Assembly (NCBI RefSeq): GCF_964194025.1
Contig: NC_134468.1
Coordinates: 40,920,001 to 40,984,000 of the forward strand
Direction of reading: 5' to 3'
Source: Convolutriloba macropyga
Lineage: Eukaryota
Length of the DNA stretch: 64,000 nt
In this document: positions 1 to 14,100 of the stretch, in pieces
Layout: each line of letters starts with the position of its first letter
Position numbering within the stretch: position 1 is the first letter of the stretch
Notes under the pieces: generated by a model
What the model saw: only the letters and a program-made list of their open reading frames with translations
The model's database searches: none
Told to the model about the DNA's origin: nothing
Program-made: the position numbers and the translations under genes

Positions 1-2106
1 GTCCAAAAAACACAATTGATTTTTTATTTCCAAATTATTTGCCATATTTTGTTCATTTTTGTTAGTTCATTTGTTATTTTTATTTGTTTTTTTTTTCAAA
101 AAATTATTGCTGCTAATTATCTTTGTTCTTTTTAAAGCTATAGAAATTGGCATGTTTAAATGAATAAGTGCTTTTTTCTCAATTGTGTAAGACCATTTGC
201 GTTGTAGTTAACAGGAAGGTTTAAAGTCATGAAATCAATGAGTTAGTGAGAGTCGCATTTTCTTTCTTGCCTTTTTTTTGCTTGAATGGTTTTCCAGAAT
301 TTGTCCTGCTGTGCTTACAAATTGCTCAAACCGATTGATCCGTTTCATCTACTTTTGCCGCTTGTCTAAATTCATTTTCACTTCTACGTGCCATTTAACT
401 CCTTCCTTTTTACCATTACACCGTTTGGTGGATTTTGCAAAAAAAATCATTGAGAAAAAATGAAATACTTCTGTCCCGGGGATGATGTAAGAAATGATTA
501 TGCCAAATATTAAAAAACGATTAAATTTCCAGTATTTTGCTTTTCTAACGCGAAGTGTTACGGCTACGAACAGCTTGAGTGTCTGAGGTTTTTCACTGAA
601 TACACGTAATGTGCAGCCGCTGTTATTTAAATGATTTTGGGTTCATTTTCGATTATCTAGATGCAACACGAAAACTTAATCGAATTATTAGAACAATTTT
701 AACTTTCACAGCTATTTTTACCAATTTTTGTGACTAATATGTTTTAGCTAAGAGTATGAAATACAGTTGAATGTGAATCAGAGATCATCAATTTGATTTT
801 AGAATTATGAAAAAAAACTTCAATTTCTCAACAAGTTTTAGAAAAAAAATCAGATTGAGCGCAATCAAAACCGTCAATATTGCACAAAAAATTTATATGA
901 TTCGTGTTTAGTTGCACAACGTTTTTGCAAAATTTTTTCAGTAATATCTATTATATTTTAAGTGCAACTAAGTAATTCGTAAGTGTCGATTACAAATTTT
1001 TTTTGGTTCTTCTGAAAACTCAATTATTTTCCCTGTTATTTCTGTTTTGATTTTCAGCTAAACAACTTTTTCTTTGCAGCAGCTTAATAAAATAAAGTTT
1101 GGTGCTAAATTAAGCGTTTCTGAAATATCATTTTCGATGTGCTGATTTGATATATGTTATGCTTTCAAATGCGAATGGGGGAACATTCTGTGCCACGCAC
1201 AGAATAAGTGAGCTTTCTTGCTGCCATTTTAAACTTATTTTTGATTAAATTTGTTATTTTTTATTTGTTATTTCAAAATTTATCGCTTATTTGTTGTTTT
1301 TGTCAATTGTGTTACTTTTACACTGCACAGAATTGTCTAACTCGCACTCAGACTATTTTACTTTTGTTGAAGGCTTTCAAAAGGACAAAATTTGAAAGCC
1401 ACAACAGCTAGTTTCCAATCTGCAAGAGGCAAGTCTTCGAGAAAAAAACCGGCCAGGAGCGATTGATAAAAAGTGCTACAATTTGTCGAGGACATTCTGC
1501 CATCTAAATAGCTAAGCAGTTTACCTGCAATCGATCTCCTGTTTCGACATTTTCCGTGTTAGTTTTTATCAAACAATGCCAGGGAAAAGTGTGATTTTAG
1601 CGCGTATGCCCCCTGAGTACGTCAAGCATCTCAACTTAAATATCACGCATGGCCTATTATTTATACACTCAACATTTTTTAAAAAAAAGTTAGCCCCCAG
1701 TAGTTTTAGAAGTGAAAGAGAAAGAACCAATATTTGATGAGAAAAAACTGCAACTTTTAGCAACTGTTTAGGAAAATTGTAATTGTTTACAGTACTCCTA
1801 CCGGACGCTACTGCTCTTGGCTAATTATGTGATTTTGACGTAAAACGCAACGCTACGTCACCAGATATCTCGATGTCAAATTGATGAACTCCGTCGAAAC
1901 ATTAAAAAAAAGTTGCATGAAATCACGAGCAAATCAGATCGTGCTCTTCTATGTTTAAATCAAATGCAATCGCACTCAAAGTTGAACATCACACTCTAAG
2001 ACAATTTTCTTTTTGCTGTTAAAATTTTAATGGACCTCATCAACTTGATCATGGAACTTCAACTAAGCCACTATTTCATTTTTCTCGGTTTTGAGTGCAG
2101 AGAAAG

Positions 2107-5100
2107 AACAAGGATGCTCGTTAATGTGCGTTCGCACATGATGTTCCGACTCGAGCTCATCTACATTTTCGACTTAATTGTCAACCTAATGATGAGATAA
2201 TTAAAAATAGACGTTTGAATTTTAAAAAATCGTTACAAAATCGAACTAATAAAGGAGTTGCATAACACCATGTCTCAATACAGCGCTCATAAGGTCTGCC
2301 ATTAGAAAGACTACGAGAAAGTAAACAACAGAATAAGCAAAAACAAAAATTTTTCAGCGGATATGATAAAAAGAAGAGTAAAAGAAACACAAATAAGTTT
2401 TAAAAAAATTGGATGGAACTTCTAAAGGATGAGAAAATAAAGTTGACGAAAAGAACAAAAACTGAAAAGTAAAAAATTTTTTAGAACGAACAAAATCGTA
2501 AACTTTACTACTATTCACTATAAACTGAGTTCTTTGGCAACATCATTCATTGAATCCGCAATTAGAAGCCTATGCGACCAGTTAGCATTTTACGACTACA
2601 TGAAGAATTTAAAAAAAAAGGCAAAAACAGCAAATTTAAAAAAAATTGAGCGCGGAAAAGTGTCGAACGAAGCCAAGAAGAAAAAAAATAGTAAAAAATT
2701 TTGCAATCTCAAACAAATCTTTAGCAGCGATGGGGTTCTTCTAATTTTTAACAATATGACTTCAAAAAATCAACAAGTGTGATCAAATATAATTAAACCA
2801 CGAAATTTTTGAGAAAACCCGTTATATCAACTCCGTTAAATTGAATGGCTCTGACCGGAAGACAAAAAATCCACTACGTTATGCCTTAATGAGGAAGCAA
2901 GGATGTTTATCAATCATAAGTCAATAAAAGGACATCACAATAAGTCTTATGATTATGAAAACAACAACTAGTATATGAAAAAAAACGAAAATTCAGTAGA
3001 AAATTCACAGAAGAAAGTGTCGAAGCCATTTAAACCAAACGCGTTTCTCTGAACTCTTTACCTATGATTCTTTGGACGTGTTTCATAAGCCAATGTGAGC
3101 TATCAATATTAGGATTATGTGATAAGATTTCAAAAGGATCCAAAGTTACAGAAAATAATCCGAAACTTTTTTTTTGACATTATGAGAACTCGTGGCATCG
3201 AAGTCATAAAACAAGTATTTAGCAGATAAAACCGTTTCCTAGAGTATTTTTTGATGCAGTAAAAAAGAGAGTCGCCCTGTCATTACTGAGATTAACTTAT
3301 AGTTCATGAAAAATGTTTTAAGTGGTTAGTGTCCAAAAATGTTTTTTTTTTTAGTCTTAATAGCCACTAAATTCCATAGCTCTCAAAGGAAATCAATAAA
3401 TACGCAATGTTATGCCTCAAAAAGGAGATAAAGAAGTTTATCATTCTTAGGTAATCAATAAGAGGTCAAAATAAGTCTTATGATTATGAAAACAACAACA
3501 AAAGTAGGAAAAAACCAAAATTTCTGTGGAAATGTGCAGGAAAGTGTCAAAGCCATTTAAACCAAAAACTTTTCTCTGCAAACCTTATCAAGGATCCAAT
3601 GAACGCCTTTTTTAAGTCACTGAGAACTATCAATATTAAGTTAGGAAGGTAAAATTTCAAAGGAAACCAAAGTTACAAAAAAAAATTAGAAAATTTTTTT
3701 AAAAAATTTTGAAATCTCGAGTCCTCGAAGTCATAAAATCAGTATTTAGAAGACAAAACCACTCTCAAGATTCATCTTAGTTGCAATAGAAAAAAAGGAG
3801 ATCATATCATTACTGATACTGACATAAGGTTCGAGAAAACAAGTTTAAGGTTAGTTACTGTCCAAAAAAATTTCTAAAAAATAATTTATTAAAGTCTCAA
3901 CAGCCATTAAATTCCAAAGCTTTCAACGGAAGTAAAAAAAATACACTACAGAATTTATGCCCCAGAACAGGATGTTTATCATCAAAATTTTAGCAATAGG
4001 ACATTACAACAAGTCCTATGTTTATGAAAACGACGTTAAAAACCGGCAAAAACAAAAAAACAGCGGAAATTTGAGAAGAAAGTGTCGAAGTCATTTAAAC
4101 CATATTTTTTTCTCTGAAAAACTTCATCTAGGATCCATTGGAGGTCTTTATTAAGCCAATGGGGACTGCCAATACAATTAGGTAAGATTTCAAAAGGAAC
4201 CAATATTTAAAAATATCCAAATTTTTTTTTCGAAATTACGAAAACTCGTATTATCGAAGTCATTAAAGCATTAGTTAGCAGATAAAACCGCTTACCAGAT
4301 TAGTTTTGAATGCAGTACAAATGATTGAGGTCCTGTCTCCTGTCCTTACTGAAACTGACTTACTTTTCATGAAAATATGTTTAGAAATGTTTATTGTTCA
4401 AAAAAAAGTTTTCGAAATTTTTTTTAATCTTGACAGCCATTAGCTGTCCACTCAAAACACTATAATGGTTTACCTATTACACATTAGAAAGGAGATTGCA
4501 CTTTTAGTCAGCGAGTTTATGCCATTAGGCTCCCAAAATTTAGGTACATCTCAAAGAGAAAATCAATATTTCATTAAAAACTTCGAAAACTCAAAGTCGA
4601 AGACAAAAAAAAAACATGAGCGTTTCCTTGAAGCTGAACTTTTCGTTCATTGGTTATCATGTGACTGTAAATGAGATTTGTCATTGAAGGAAACTAGACA
4701 TGAAAAAGACTAGTCTCTAAGTGACTAAAAAGAACAATGAATATAGGAAAAGTTTCTAAAATAAACAGCTCTCAAATTGAATTCGTGTTTTTTTTATAGT
4801 AAATTTTTTCACGAGACCAGAAATAGCTATTTTATTGGTCTTCTGGTAACACAAAATTGTTTCATTTTTTAATGTGAAATGTAATTTTGAAATAATATTT
4901 TCTATAGAAAAGCCTTAAATTGAACAAAAATTACGCTAAAAGTGAACAAAATCATGCAAATATCACGTGTTCACACAAAACTTTAAACCTCAACAACTCC
5001 TCGAAATACACGAAATTCACAAAAATCTTTTCAATTTCAAATTCTACGCTGGACGAGCTTTTTAATGATACCACTCACATTTCTCTACGATGAATATATC

Positions 5101-5176
5101 GATCGGCCAAAATTGACTGAACAAAAAAACCCATTTGAGTATATAGTTCCTCCCCCCACAAGTGGGCTCGGAACAA
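2107..5176 (-). mobile_element. Non-autonomous Helentron/DINE-1-like element, copy 1 (~3.07 kb)
   Basis: One end has AACAAGG...AATGTGCG-TT-CGCACAT hairpin plus GTTCCGAC; the other has CCCAC-AA-GTGGG plus the inverted subTIR TCGGAACAA. No TSD, T-rich ends. Confidence 0.8.
2800..4445. repeat. Three ~535-bp tandem units (trimers of a ~175-bp monomer) inside Helentron-like copy 1
   Basis: AAAGTGTCGAAGCCATTTAAACC recurs near 3014, 3541 and 4079; related GAAGTCAT/AGCCAT cores recur every ~175 bp. Confidence 0.8.
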
Positions 5177-5606
5177 CTAGCGTCGGGTGCAGAAGTACTG
5201 TGAAGTACTTGTGCAGAAATTTTGAACAAAAAGAGTCTCAAGTTAGCATAATTTTAGACCAAAAACTGTTTTTTTCAAGTATTTAGTTAAACTATCGGTT
5301 GCCAAACTTTATTTTCATTTTCGTTATAGTACATCATTATGTCAAATAATGGCTCGTAATTAATGGCCGACATAAGCGGAGAAGATCCGAAAATGCATCC
5401 TCAATACGGGATCTTTTCATTATAACTCTCTGAAAATGTAGCCTTCATTATCGTTTAGTAATGAAGGGGAATTGGCTCTAGCTTCGATGACGAGCACCAA
5501 GCTTGGCAATTCCATTAGAAAATATTACAAATTTTGTTTCTGTAAACTTCCGCAACAAATATAGAATTTAAAGCGTTAAAAAGACATTTGCCTTTAATTC
5601 ACTCAC

Positions 5607-5907
5607 TTTTAAACTTTAACAAAAAGTTGTCATCACTGCGTTCTTCTACGGTATCTATCCGACTAAATGCTGGCACTGCACTGTTTCGTTTGGAAGGCAC
5701 GCTTTCATCGAGCAAGACGTCGACTGACTTGTAAACAGACACTTTTGGGATCGTTTCAAATGTGGAATTGGACACGTAAGCCACACTCGTGATAGAAAGA
5801 ACTGTGAGGACTAGAAGTGAGAGTATTCTTCCAGGCGGTTGTATCCATTTGGTCAATTTCACCAGCAGATGAACTGAAGGTTTTATTTTGTCCTCGTGTT
5901 TGTTCAT
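5607..5907 (-). CDS. Candidate first coding exon of a type II membrane protein (unidentified)
   Basis: ATG at 5907, one hydrophobic stretch (ILSLLVLTVLSITSVAYV), consensus donor A|GTGAGT at 5601-5606. No convincing downstream exon found. Confidence 0.3.
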
Positions 5908-8900
5908 TGGCGATGTTTTAAAGTTTCAGTTGTACGAACACTTACATTAATTCATTCACAGTGGTGCGCGTCCGGTCACGTGATCAAAGGGATCGCTCTT
6001 CCACCACCTATAACGATCAGAAAAATGTTTTCAATTGTAGCGAGCAAAAAACATCTTGAAAGCAGATTGCGCATAAACTTATTACTAAAATTAAAAATTG
6101 AAGTAGTCGCTGAAACTTTTTTTAGACACTTACATAAACCAACGTCTTATTCAGTTTTTGCAAATATCCTTTCGACTAGAATGATTTACATGATAGCATA
6201 AAAATTTAATTCCCACTAAATTGAGTGGGGTAGAAGAGAACATATTCAACTTCATTTATTGTCCGTTTTTTTTTTACTCGCAAAAAGTCTTTTGAAATGA
6301 CCTCAGTCTGCATTTGTTTAGCAAGTCTGAAAAGACTATAAAAAGTTTACTAAATTATTATCAAAAGCTTTAAAGACCTTAATCATATTCGCATAACAAC
6401 TCACTGCACGTCTTATACAATTCCTTGAAAAGAAAATATTGTTCCTCAATTTTTTATTAAAGTCAGTTGTAAACAGTTTTTCTCGTGCCAAAGCTTTAAA
6501 TTCCAAGGCTATAATTGCCAGTGATTTTAAAACTTGTAATCATGGAGAGAAGGATTAGGATTTGCAAATACTGTCTGACTCAGCGCTTGCATGAGTTTTT
6601 TGCTGATAAGCATCTTTTCATTCTTTGTTTTTCAATATATGCTTTATTCATTTTTTTACTTTTATAAATTTCCACAGAAATTTTATCTTCCACTCCCCTT
6701 TTTCACCTCTTTCATCATGATCCTGAAGTTACAACAAGCGCGATATCTGATTTTAAATTTAAAAATATTACTTCTGTTCAAGTGTTGAAAAGGAAAACTT
6801 CCTATAAGAAGCATATTGTTGAAGCTGAGTGAAATGAATGAACAACCGCATTGAAAAGCAAATTAAACAGTAGTTGGAAAAGCTAAGCAACCAAAAGACA
6901 TTGCTTCATTCTAATCAGAGAACCATCGATTGCCTCCCGCCTGTCAACATAACTAACTGTTATTATCGTGATTATCATCATGAAGTGCAAATCATAATCA
7001 TATTGGAACTACCTCACATAACACCAAATAAGTATTGTGACTTTTGTAGGACTTATAAAATTTTATACCAGTTTGCATAGGATTCTGATAGATACGAATT
7101 CCTTCGTCAGCACAAAACATTCGGCAACTGTTCTACACAGTTAGGAGACTTTCCATGACAACAAGTTCACAGTGACAAGAATTTATTAAAAATCTTTGTC
7201 CGTCGACATCCTTGTCTAGGGTCAATCGATGATGCAATTTTGACACGTAAATTTAGCTGACTAGCACTAGAAAAAAAGATTGAGAAACCGCCAAAAATCG
7301 GTTGAAAGGCACAAAATCTGTGTTATCATTTTGACATAAAGTGCGTTTTGATGTACAATTCTTGAGCGGTATATTACTTGTATACCTATTCTGTTTCATT
7401 AACGCATCTTATTGATTGTACATCATAATTTGATTTGCAGAAAGTGATTAACGTTGCTATTCTCAATCTTTCCATATGAGCAACAAATTTTCTAAATGAA
7501 GGAATTTTTTTAGGAAGTACGGAGTCAGTTTACTTTACTGTTTTCTAGCGAAGCTGAGCCTAGGTTCATACTGGGTTCACTAAAACCAAGTGTGTGAATC
7601 CAAATACGAAATCAAGACCTTAGTTTTCAATTGAAGAATTTTGGGTATCATTTGTTAAACTTACGTATTGACACCTTGCACAACATTAGCCAAGTTATAG
7701 CGCTAAAACTCTGTGGTTTGATGTTTCTCTCATTTGACTTTTCGTCTGAGTAATTAATAAAACTTTGTAAAGTATTTAAATTGTCGGAATTATTAGATTA
7801 TTTTAAGCAAAAGATTTTTGATATTGAACTAATTGATAATTAAATATGAAGTAATGCATCTGCAAAATTGTGGATAAAAAGCTCATAAACTGCGACAACG
7901 TATTTTTCGGACAGAATTGTGACAGCTGAAACGATCTGCGTAAAATTCCAGAGTGGTTGATAGGAGAATAACTGTTACACAAAATTTTTCTCAAATTTTT
8001 TCCTCGAAGTGTCTTTATAACAAACTACTCTTTTTAATTGAATTTTTTCCAAAAATTTTATTTGAGTTTGTCAAGTAATAGGTCAATTCTGAAAACGTCA
8101 AAACCCTCACTGCTCAAAAAGCTTGACTGCGAAAAAACAGTTTTATTATGAACGGTTCTTAGCTTGAATGCTTGAAAAAAATTTTGAACGTTAGTTATAG
8201 TTATTGTTTTAGTCATACGTTCTTATTTTTACGTTTCACACGTACTTTAGGTATAAAAACTGATTAATGGATGCAAATAAAGATGACTTCAAAAAGTTTT
8301 CTTTCAAGTAATTGATAGCAAGAACACTCTCAACTACGACCAAACTCAGTATGTTATCTTTCACAAAATTTGGTTGGCAGTTAACGTGACCTAAAGGTCA
8401 AAAAATGAGCCTTGTAAAGTGTATGTTAAAAACCAAGTTTTTACTAAAGAGACTCGCACAAGCTGGCGCCTTTTCATAGCTGATGATAATGATCAGTATG
8501 AATATTATAAAACATAGCTGGCGGGTTGCCAGAAAATAGCCGTAAAAGCACCGTAGATCTGCAATCTCAAAAAAAAAACAGTAAAAAATACAGACCAAAA
8601 AATAATCTTTTCTTTGGAGGCGGAGATGTTATATCTTGATTAAGAATCTGTATAAGCTACTGCTGCCTCTATCAGCTGCTTTTAAGTAACCTTCATCTAG
8701 AGCAACAAATTCACTTGACCATATCTTTTCGAATTAACGTAAATAAAAGTAAATTTCAATTTGAGGAAGTCATTTTTGAGAGTGAGGTAAGTCATGTGTC
8801 ACCAAAAATTTGATCAGGCGAATAAACAAAAAACTCGCTCCATTAAAAGCGAAAATTGACGTCATGCATGCGTTTCAGTTGAAATTTTATGAACGAATGA

Positions 8901-8989
8901 ACAAAAAGTGGTTGTGACGTTATATGGTCGTAACAAAAGCCTTGACGATGAAATAAAAAAACATAGCAGGTCAACTCCTAAAGCACAAA

Positions 8990-10030
8990 TAAAAGAATTG
9001 TATTAATTTATGTTTTGACAATCACTAAATCTTGTTTAAAAGGCAAATGAGAGATGTAAGTGATGAGAATAAGCGATAAAACAACACCAGAACAACAGAA
9101 ACAAGCAAGCGTAAAAACTAAACTATTATTTTTTAAAATGACAAGATCAACCAAAAAACTGCTATAAACTCAAAATGCCAACTGTATTCCTCTTTTTCTC
9201 ATTATCAAACTGCCAGTAAATGTCGATGAGTTCTCTCACTAATAATATTAAATAATAAGACAAAAATAACCAAAAATTTAAATAAAACTTGTGGAAACAT
9301 TTTGAAAACGCATAGTATAAAAGTCACAGAACGCAACAGCTACTGGAGGATACAGTTACACCAATTATTTGAGTACTCAAAAACCGCCTCTGAGACCTGT
9401 CATCAATGACATTAAGCGATAAGACAGCAAAAAGTAAAACAATTACCAGCAAAACTAAAACAATACATAACTAAAAAAAAACAAACAAGCGTATAAGTCA
9501 CAAAAAACAATAGCTATGAACTGAAATGACTTGCTTTATTTGAAACATTTTAGCAACCAATGAGACTTGTTGATAATGAAACTAAGTTAAGACGAGAAAA
9601 TTGGAAAGAAAATTCGCATAACTCAAAAAATACGATAATTAATATTAAAAATAATTAGTGTCAAAGTCATAGAAAGAACTAGGTTTGAACAAAAACGAAT
9701 AAATCAAAAAACCTAACCCCTAGTGGCAGCATCAGAGACCTGTCGCCAACCAGATCAAACGATAAGACAGCAAAAAGTACTACAATTACATGCAGAACTC
9801 AAAAATTCACTCAAAACTTTTGAAAAAAATCAGTGACGAAGTCATGAAAACCACTAGCTATTAGCTCGAGCCATTAATTAGGTTATTTTTTGCCGTACTA
9901 GCAATCAATCAGACCAGTCAATGATGATACCAAGTTATAAGACAACAGAAACAAGGGGGCGAAAATCTATCTAAAATTCAATGATATTTTATATTAACAA
10001 ATAGTGGCAAAGGCATGAAAAGTTAAAGCT
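8990..10030. repeat. Degenerate ~172-bp tandem repeat (~6 units)
   Basis: GAGACCTGTC...AAGCGATAAGACAGC-like blocks near 9050, 9392, 9562, 9735, 9911; AAGTCAT-like cores near 9320, 9495, 9665, 9840, 10010. Confidence 0.7.
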
Positions 10031-11044
10031 GCCCCTTAAAGAATTCAAAAAAGGCAAATAGGAACATTTAGAAACTATATGTACCGTCTGAAAAGCTCTG
10101 AAGAAGAGAAAATTCTTGTGAAGTCAATTTGACGCACCAGAAAAAAACTCATCTCAAAAACTGCCAAATTGTTCAAACAGCAGTTTCTCACTCCACTTTA
10201 ACGACATTTTGAAAAAGTCACGCCTCAAACCTACTTGGTTCTCGCTCCCTTTACTATTTTAAGGTGGTCAAAATTACCACTCTTCTTTGACTTCTCACTG
10301 ACGTGAAAAGCCGAAGAATGCGTGAACAGATCTTTAAAAAAAGACAGCGCACCAATACAATTCAAATTCTTTGAATTGTATAAAACCAAGAGAAGGCCAA
10401 TAATCGCCCCAGCTATCGCTGTGCGGCTATGATTAAAGGAAAAAACATAACAAAATAAAGTCTAGAAAATTGCCCTCGAATAACTAGTGTGGGCTTGAAT
10501 CTATTGCAGCCGGCGTCACTCGGAAGGTGGACTAAATTCATTAAGGCGGCTAAAAATGACGTCCTTAGAAGTTGTTATATACCACTATAACCAATAATAA
10601 AATCTATTGTTAAAAACTACAACTTTCAGTTGTGAACTGCGACGAATTGAGTTCAGCTGCAGACACTTATGTATCAGCGAGGTATTTAGATCACAAAAAT
10701 TGAAAAAGTCAGGGGCTTAAAAGTCACTCGATAGTCAAAATGGTCAAGCAAAATTTTTGCCTACAAAAGACCAAAACGTTTACATTAATTGCTTCAAAAA
10801 TTGTTTGCTGTTTGTTTAGCTCTTTTTTTCCATGTCAGAGTTTTCTTTTATACACAAAGAGGCTCTCTTTTAGCAACCAAGCTGGGCCTAAATGAGAGAG
10901 CTACTTGCAAAGACAGCGTTTCGTCGTAGGCATCAATTAAAATCTCATTTTTGGTTCTGCGTTACCTGTCGGATAGCATGTCATGTCACCTTAAAAAAGT
11001 CTATTTAATCAGATAGAAAAGCATTGTAACATATGGCTTAAAAA

Positions 11045-11126
11045 ATATATGTTAATGATCAAAAATTTCTGACATATAATGATCAAAAATTTCTGAATAT
11101 ATGTTAATGATCAAAAATTTCTGACA
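11045..11126. repeat. Short tandem triplication (24-28 bp)
   Basis: TAATGATCAAAAATTTCTGA three times in tandem. Confidence 0.85.
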
Positions 11127-14100
11127 TCTGCCAATAAAATTATTCCTTAAACTTCTTTTAACATGCAATAAAAGGGAGTAAACAAGACATTTTTTCAGCT
11201 TTCCGATCTGGAGACGGCAGTGTCAGCTCATACCGAAACTGATTAACTTTTGAAACGAAGCTATAGAAATTGGAAAAAGCTCTGAACTTTGCGCAGATAA
11301 AACCATTACCTTTCCAGGTTGAGGTTCTCCCAATCTAATCATCAGACCCATCCAGACAAACCCATTACCATGATAAGCTGCTTCCCATTTTCAAAAGTCG
11401 TAAAATCAAGTCGTAAACTAGTCTTTTTAACTGGTCATAAAATCTTTATCAAAATTTCTTTTATCATAACTGTGGTACAGAAAGTCGGGAAACTTTAATC
11501 AGTGACGCCAAATGGTTAAATATTTAGCCACTTCTTTCTCAGTTGAGCCTGCATTTTGGGGGAGGGGCGTAGACAAATAGCGAATATATTTGTAGCTCTT
11601 TAACAGACCTTTTTTGTGAAAATTAAGGAAACCAACGAGAGCATGGTCAAATATTTGAGCATCTAATCTGAGATAAAGAGAATAGCTTCGGAATCTATTG
11701 ATACATAAACATTAAATTAATGTAATCAGAATTCTTCTAGCTCTAGCAAAAAATACCACCAAAAAGAGCAAATAACCTAGATAAATAACGTTTGGGTGTC
11801 TTGATCACTATTTTTCTTACTCTCAAGTTTTCCTGATAGCGTTGGAAAATAATTGCTAAAATATTTTCCCTTTTTCAGAGTGATAGGTCAAATTGTACGT
11901 CATTCGAATGATTCTTACCCGATTCCGTTTCAAAATTTACTATCCTTCTCTTGCAGCTTTAGTTTAGCATACGAACTGATATTTAACGTGTAATGAACAG
12001 ATTCACGATGCATTAAAAGTATTCATATATCTGAAAGACGAATAAAATAGTCAGTCACCCTGCAGAAGATTCTAACAATTAAGATCCGTGAGCGAGTGAA
12101 ATTTAGTGCCAGTTGTTTTAAGTTCTGTAGTTTTATCTCAGAAATTTCATCCTTGAAATCCAAATTTATTCATATCGATTCTAACTTATGTATCAGTTGC
12201 TGAAATTTGTATTCTTCATAGTTCATGAAGGTTTATCATTAAGTTTTGTATGAACCGTCTGGTTTCAGCATTAGACGTACTGTTAATAATTGAAATGTTG
12301 TCTTTGATATAAACTAGGAATTTAACTATAAATCTTATTTTTTTATGATTTCCCAAAAAATTGCAGAAATTGTCAATTTTCAAGCAAGAAAAATTAGCTT
12401 CTTTTAAACATAACCAACTAACGTCAGGCGAATTCTCTCAAACGACTAGCGAGTCGTTAAACTCTAAGACCTGCCCTTCATAGCATGGGTTTACGTCTCC
12501 AAGTAGGTTTCTGTGAATCGCATACTTGGAGACTAGTGAGCTCAAAGGCTCTAAGAAAACGTTATTACCTCCGAGGGCTTCTTGTTTATCCCGTTTTTGA
12601 GGACCAAAAGTACAAAAAAATCAGTCAAGAAAAAAATTGCAAGCAAAGGCCAATTGAGTGATGTAATTGTTACAAACTTTGCTTGCAAGAAATTATTTAT
12701 ATTAAATGGTTGTCAATCGACTTGTGCATGTTGCGTTCAGTCATCAATATGGACAAAATTTCGCTTGATTTAGTTTTTTTTCATACCCTTTCAGATATTA
12801 TACGCTTCTAAGAACTTGGAAAGCGTTTAAAGTCTTGATCACTACTTCTCCAGTGACAAACACGTCTCGGGTTGGCTTATCAGTGTTGATCAGTTCCTAT
12901 TTTGTATTTCGAGACTTGCCAAAAACTTCTAAAACAAAAAAAATATTTCCTTAAAAACTACTCATAAGGTCAACACTCAACATATGCATTGTGCTACTGT
13001 CTGAGAGTTTTTTTGGGTTGAATAATGACTATCGGAAAATCGTTATGAGAATGGAGTTTTAATCATAGAAGTAATTTTTCGATGCCGCTCACCAGCATTT
13101 GCAAAATCACGGTAATTGTCACAATCGTTTTTGATGTTTCGACAAAACGTCATGAGTTACTAGCCAGTTGAATGATTACTCTCTCAATTTTTTTGAAAAA
13201 ATCCAGAAGGATCAAAAAGAACCCATAATAGCAGCTCAGTCAACTCAGCAGTTCATGGCCATTAAAGTTATGTGCGTCCTCGGCGTCCAATTAATCTGGA
13301 TTCCAGTTTACCAGAAATGGCTTTTGGCAAAAGTTTTTATTTATGCGTGCCTGAATCAACATAAGAGGAAAATGCAATCTAAGAAAATCTCATGTTATAA
13401 GAACAATCAATTGAATGCTTTTCCAGATATCGGCCATATTTTGCATTTGTTTTTGCGATTGACAGGATTTCAGATCCTTTTTTAAAAACCCGATGCCGTT
13501 GGGGGCCTAACTTTAAAGTGTATTTTGTTTTTGTAGTGTGCTTTTAAAATTGCTAGCTGTTAACTTAACACCTGAACAAAGAAGAAAAAAATTGAAGCAA
13601 GCAATTGCCTGTGAAAATATATATAAAAAGGGGAAAAATTGAAAGTAAAATTGCTTTGCATGTTTTTCACGTAAAATGTTTCGTCTGTCGTCAACTTCCT
13701 AACGTTTTTTTTCTTCGTCAGTTAAATTTTCAGGTATTAACTTAAAAAACTTAATTACTTAAAAACTGTTGACGGCACTTCATGAAAGTTGTAACTCCAA
13801 CGAGGATAACTGAATTTGAACCACCCCTCATTTTGTTCAAATTGATAAAAAAAACAGTGTGGTTATATTCTAGACAACCTATCAAATTGAGACAAATTCG
13901 CCCTACTGTATCTATTCGCTTCAATAAAATGTTGCAATTTTCTTACTTTTAAAGATTACCTGGCCACTCTAGGATCAAAGACACGTTTTATCGAGAAATT
14001 GAGGTCAAAAATTTGTTATAGAATTAATTTACATTAGACTAAGAGATCATAATTGCATCATAAATAGCACACTTTCTGTAAGTTTCTCGGTTAACAGGTT

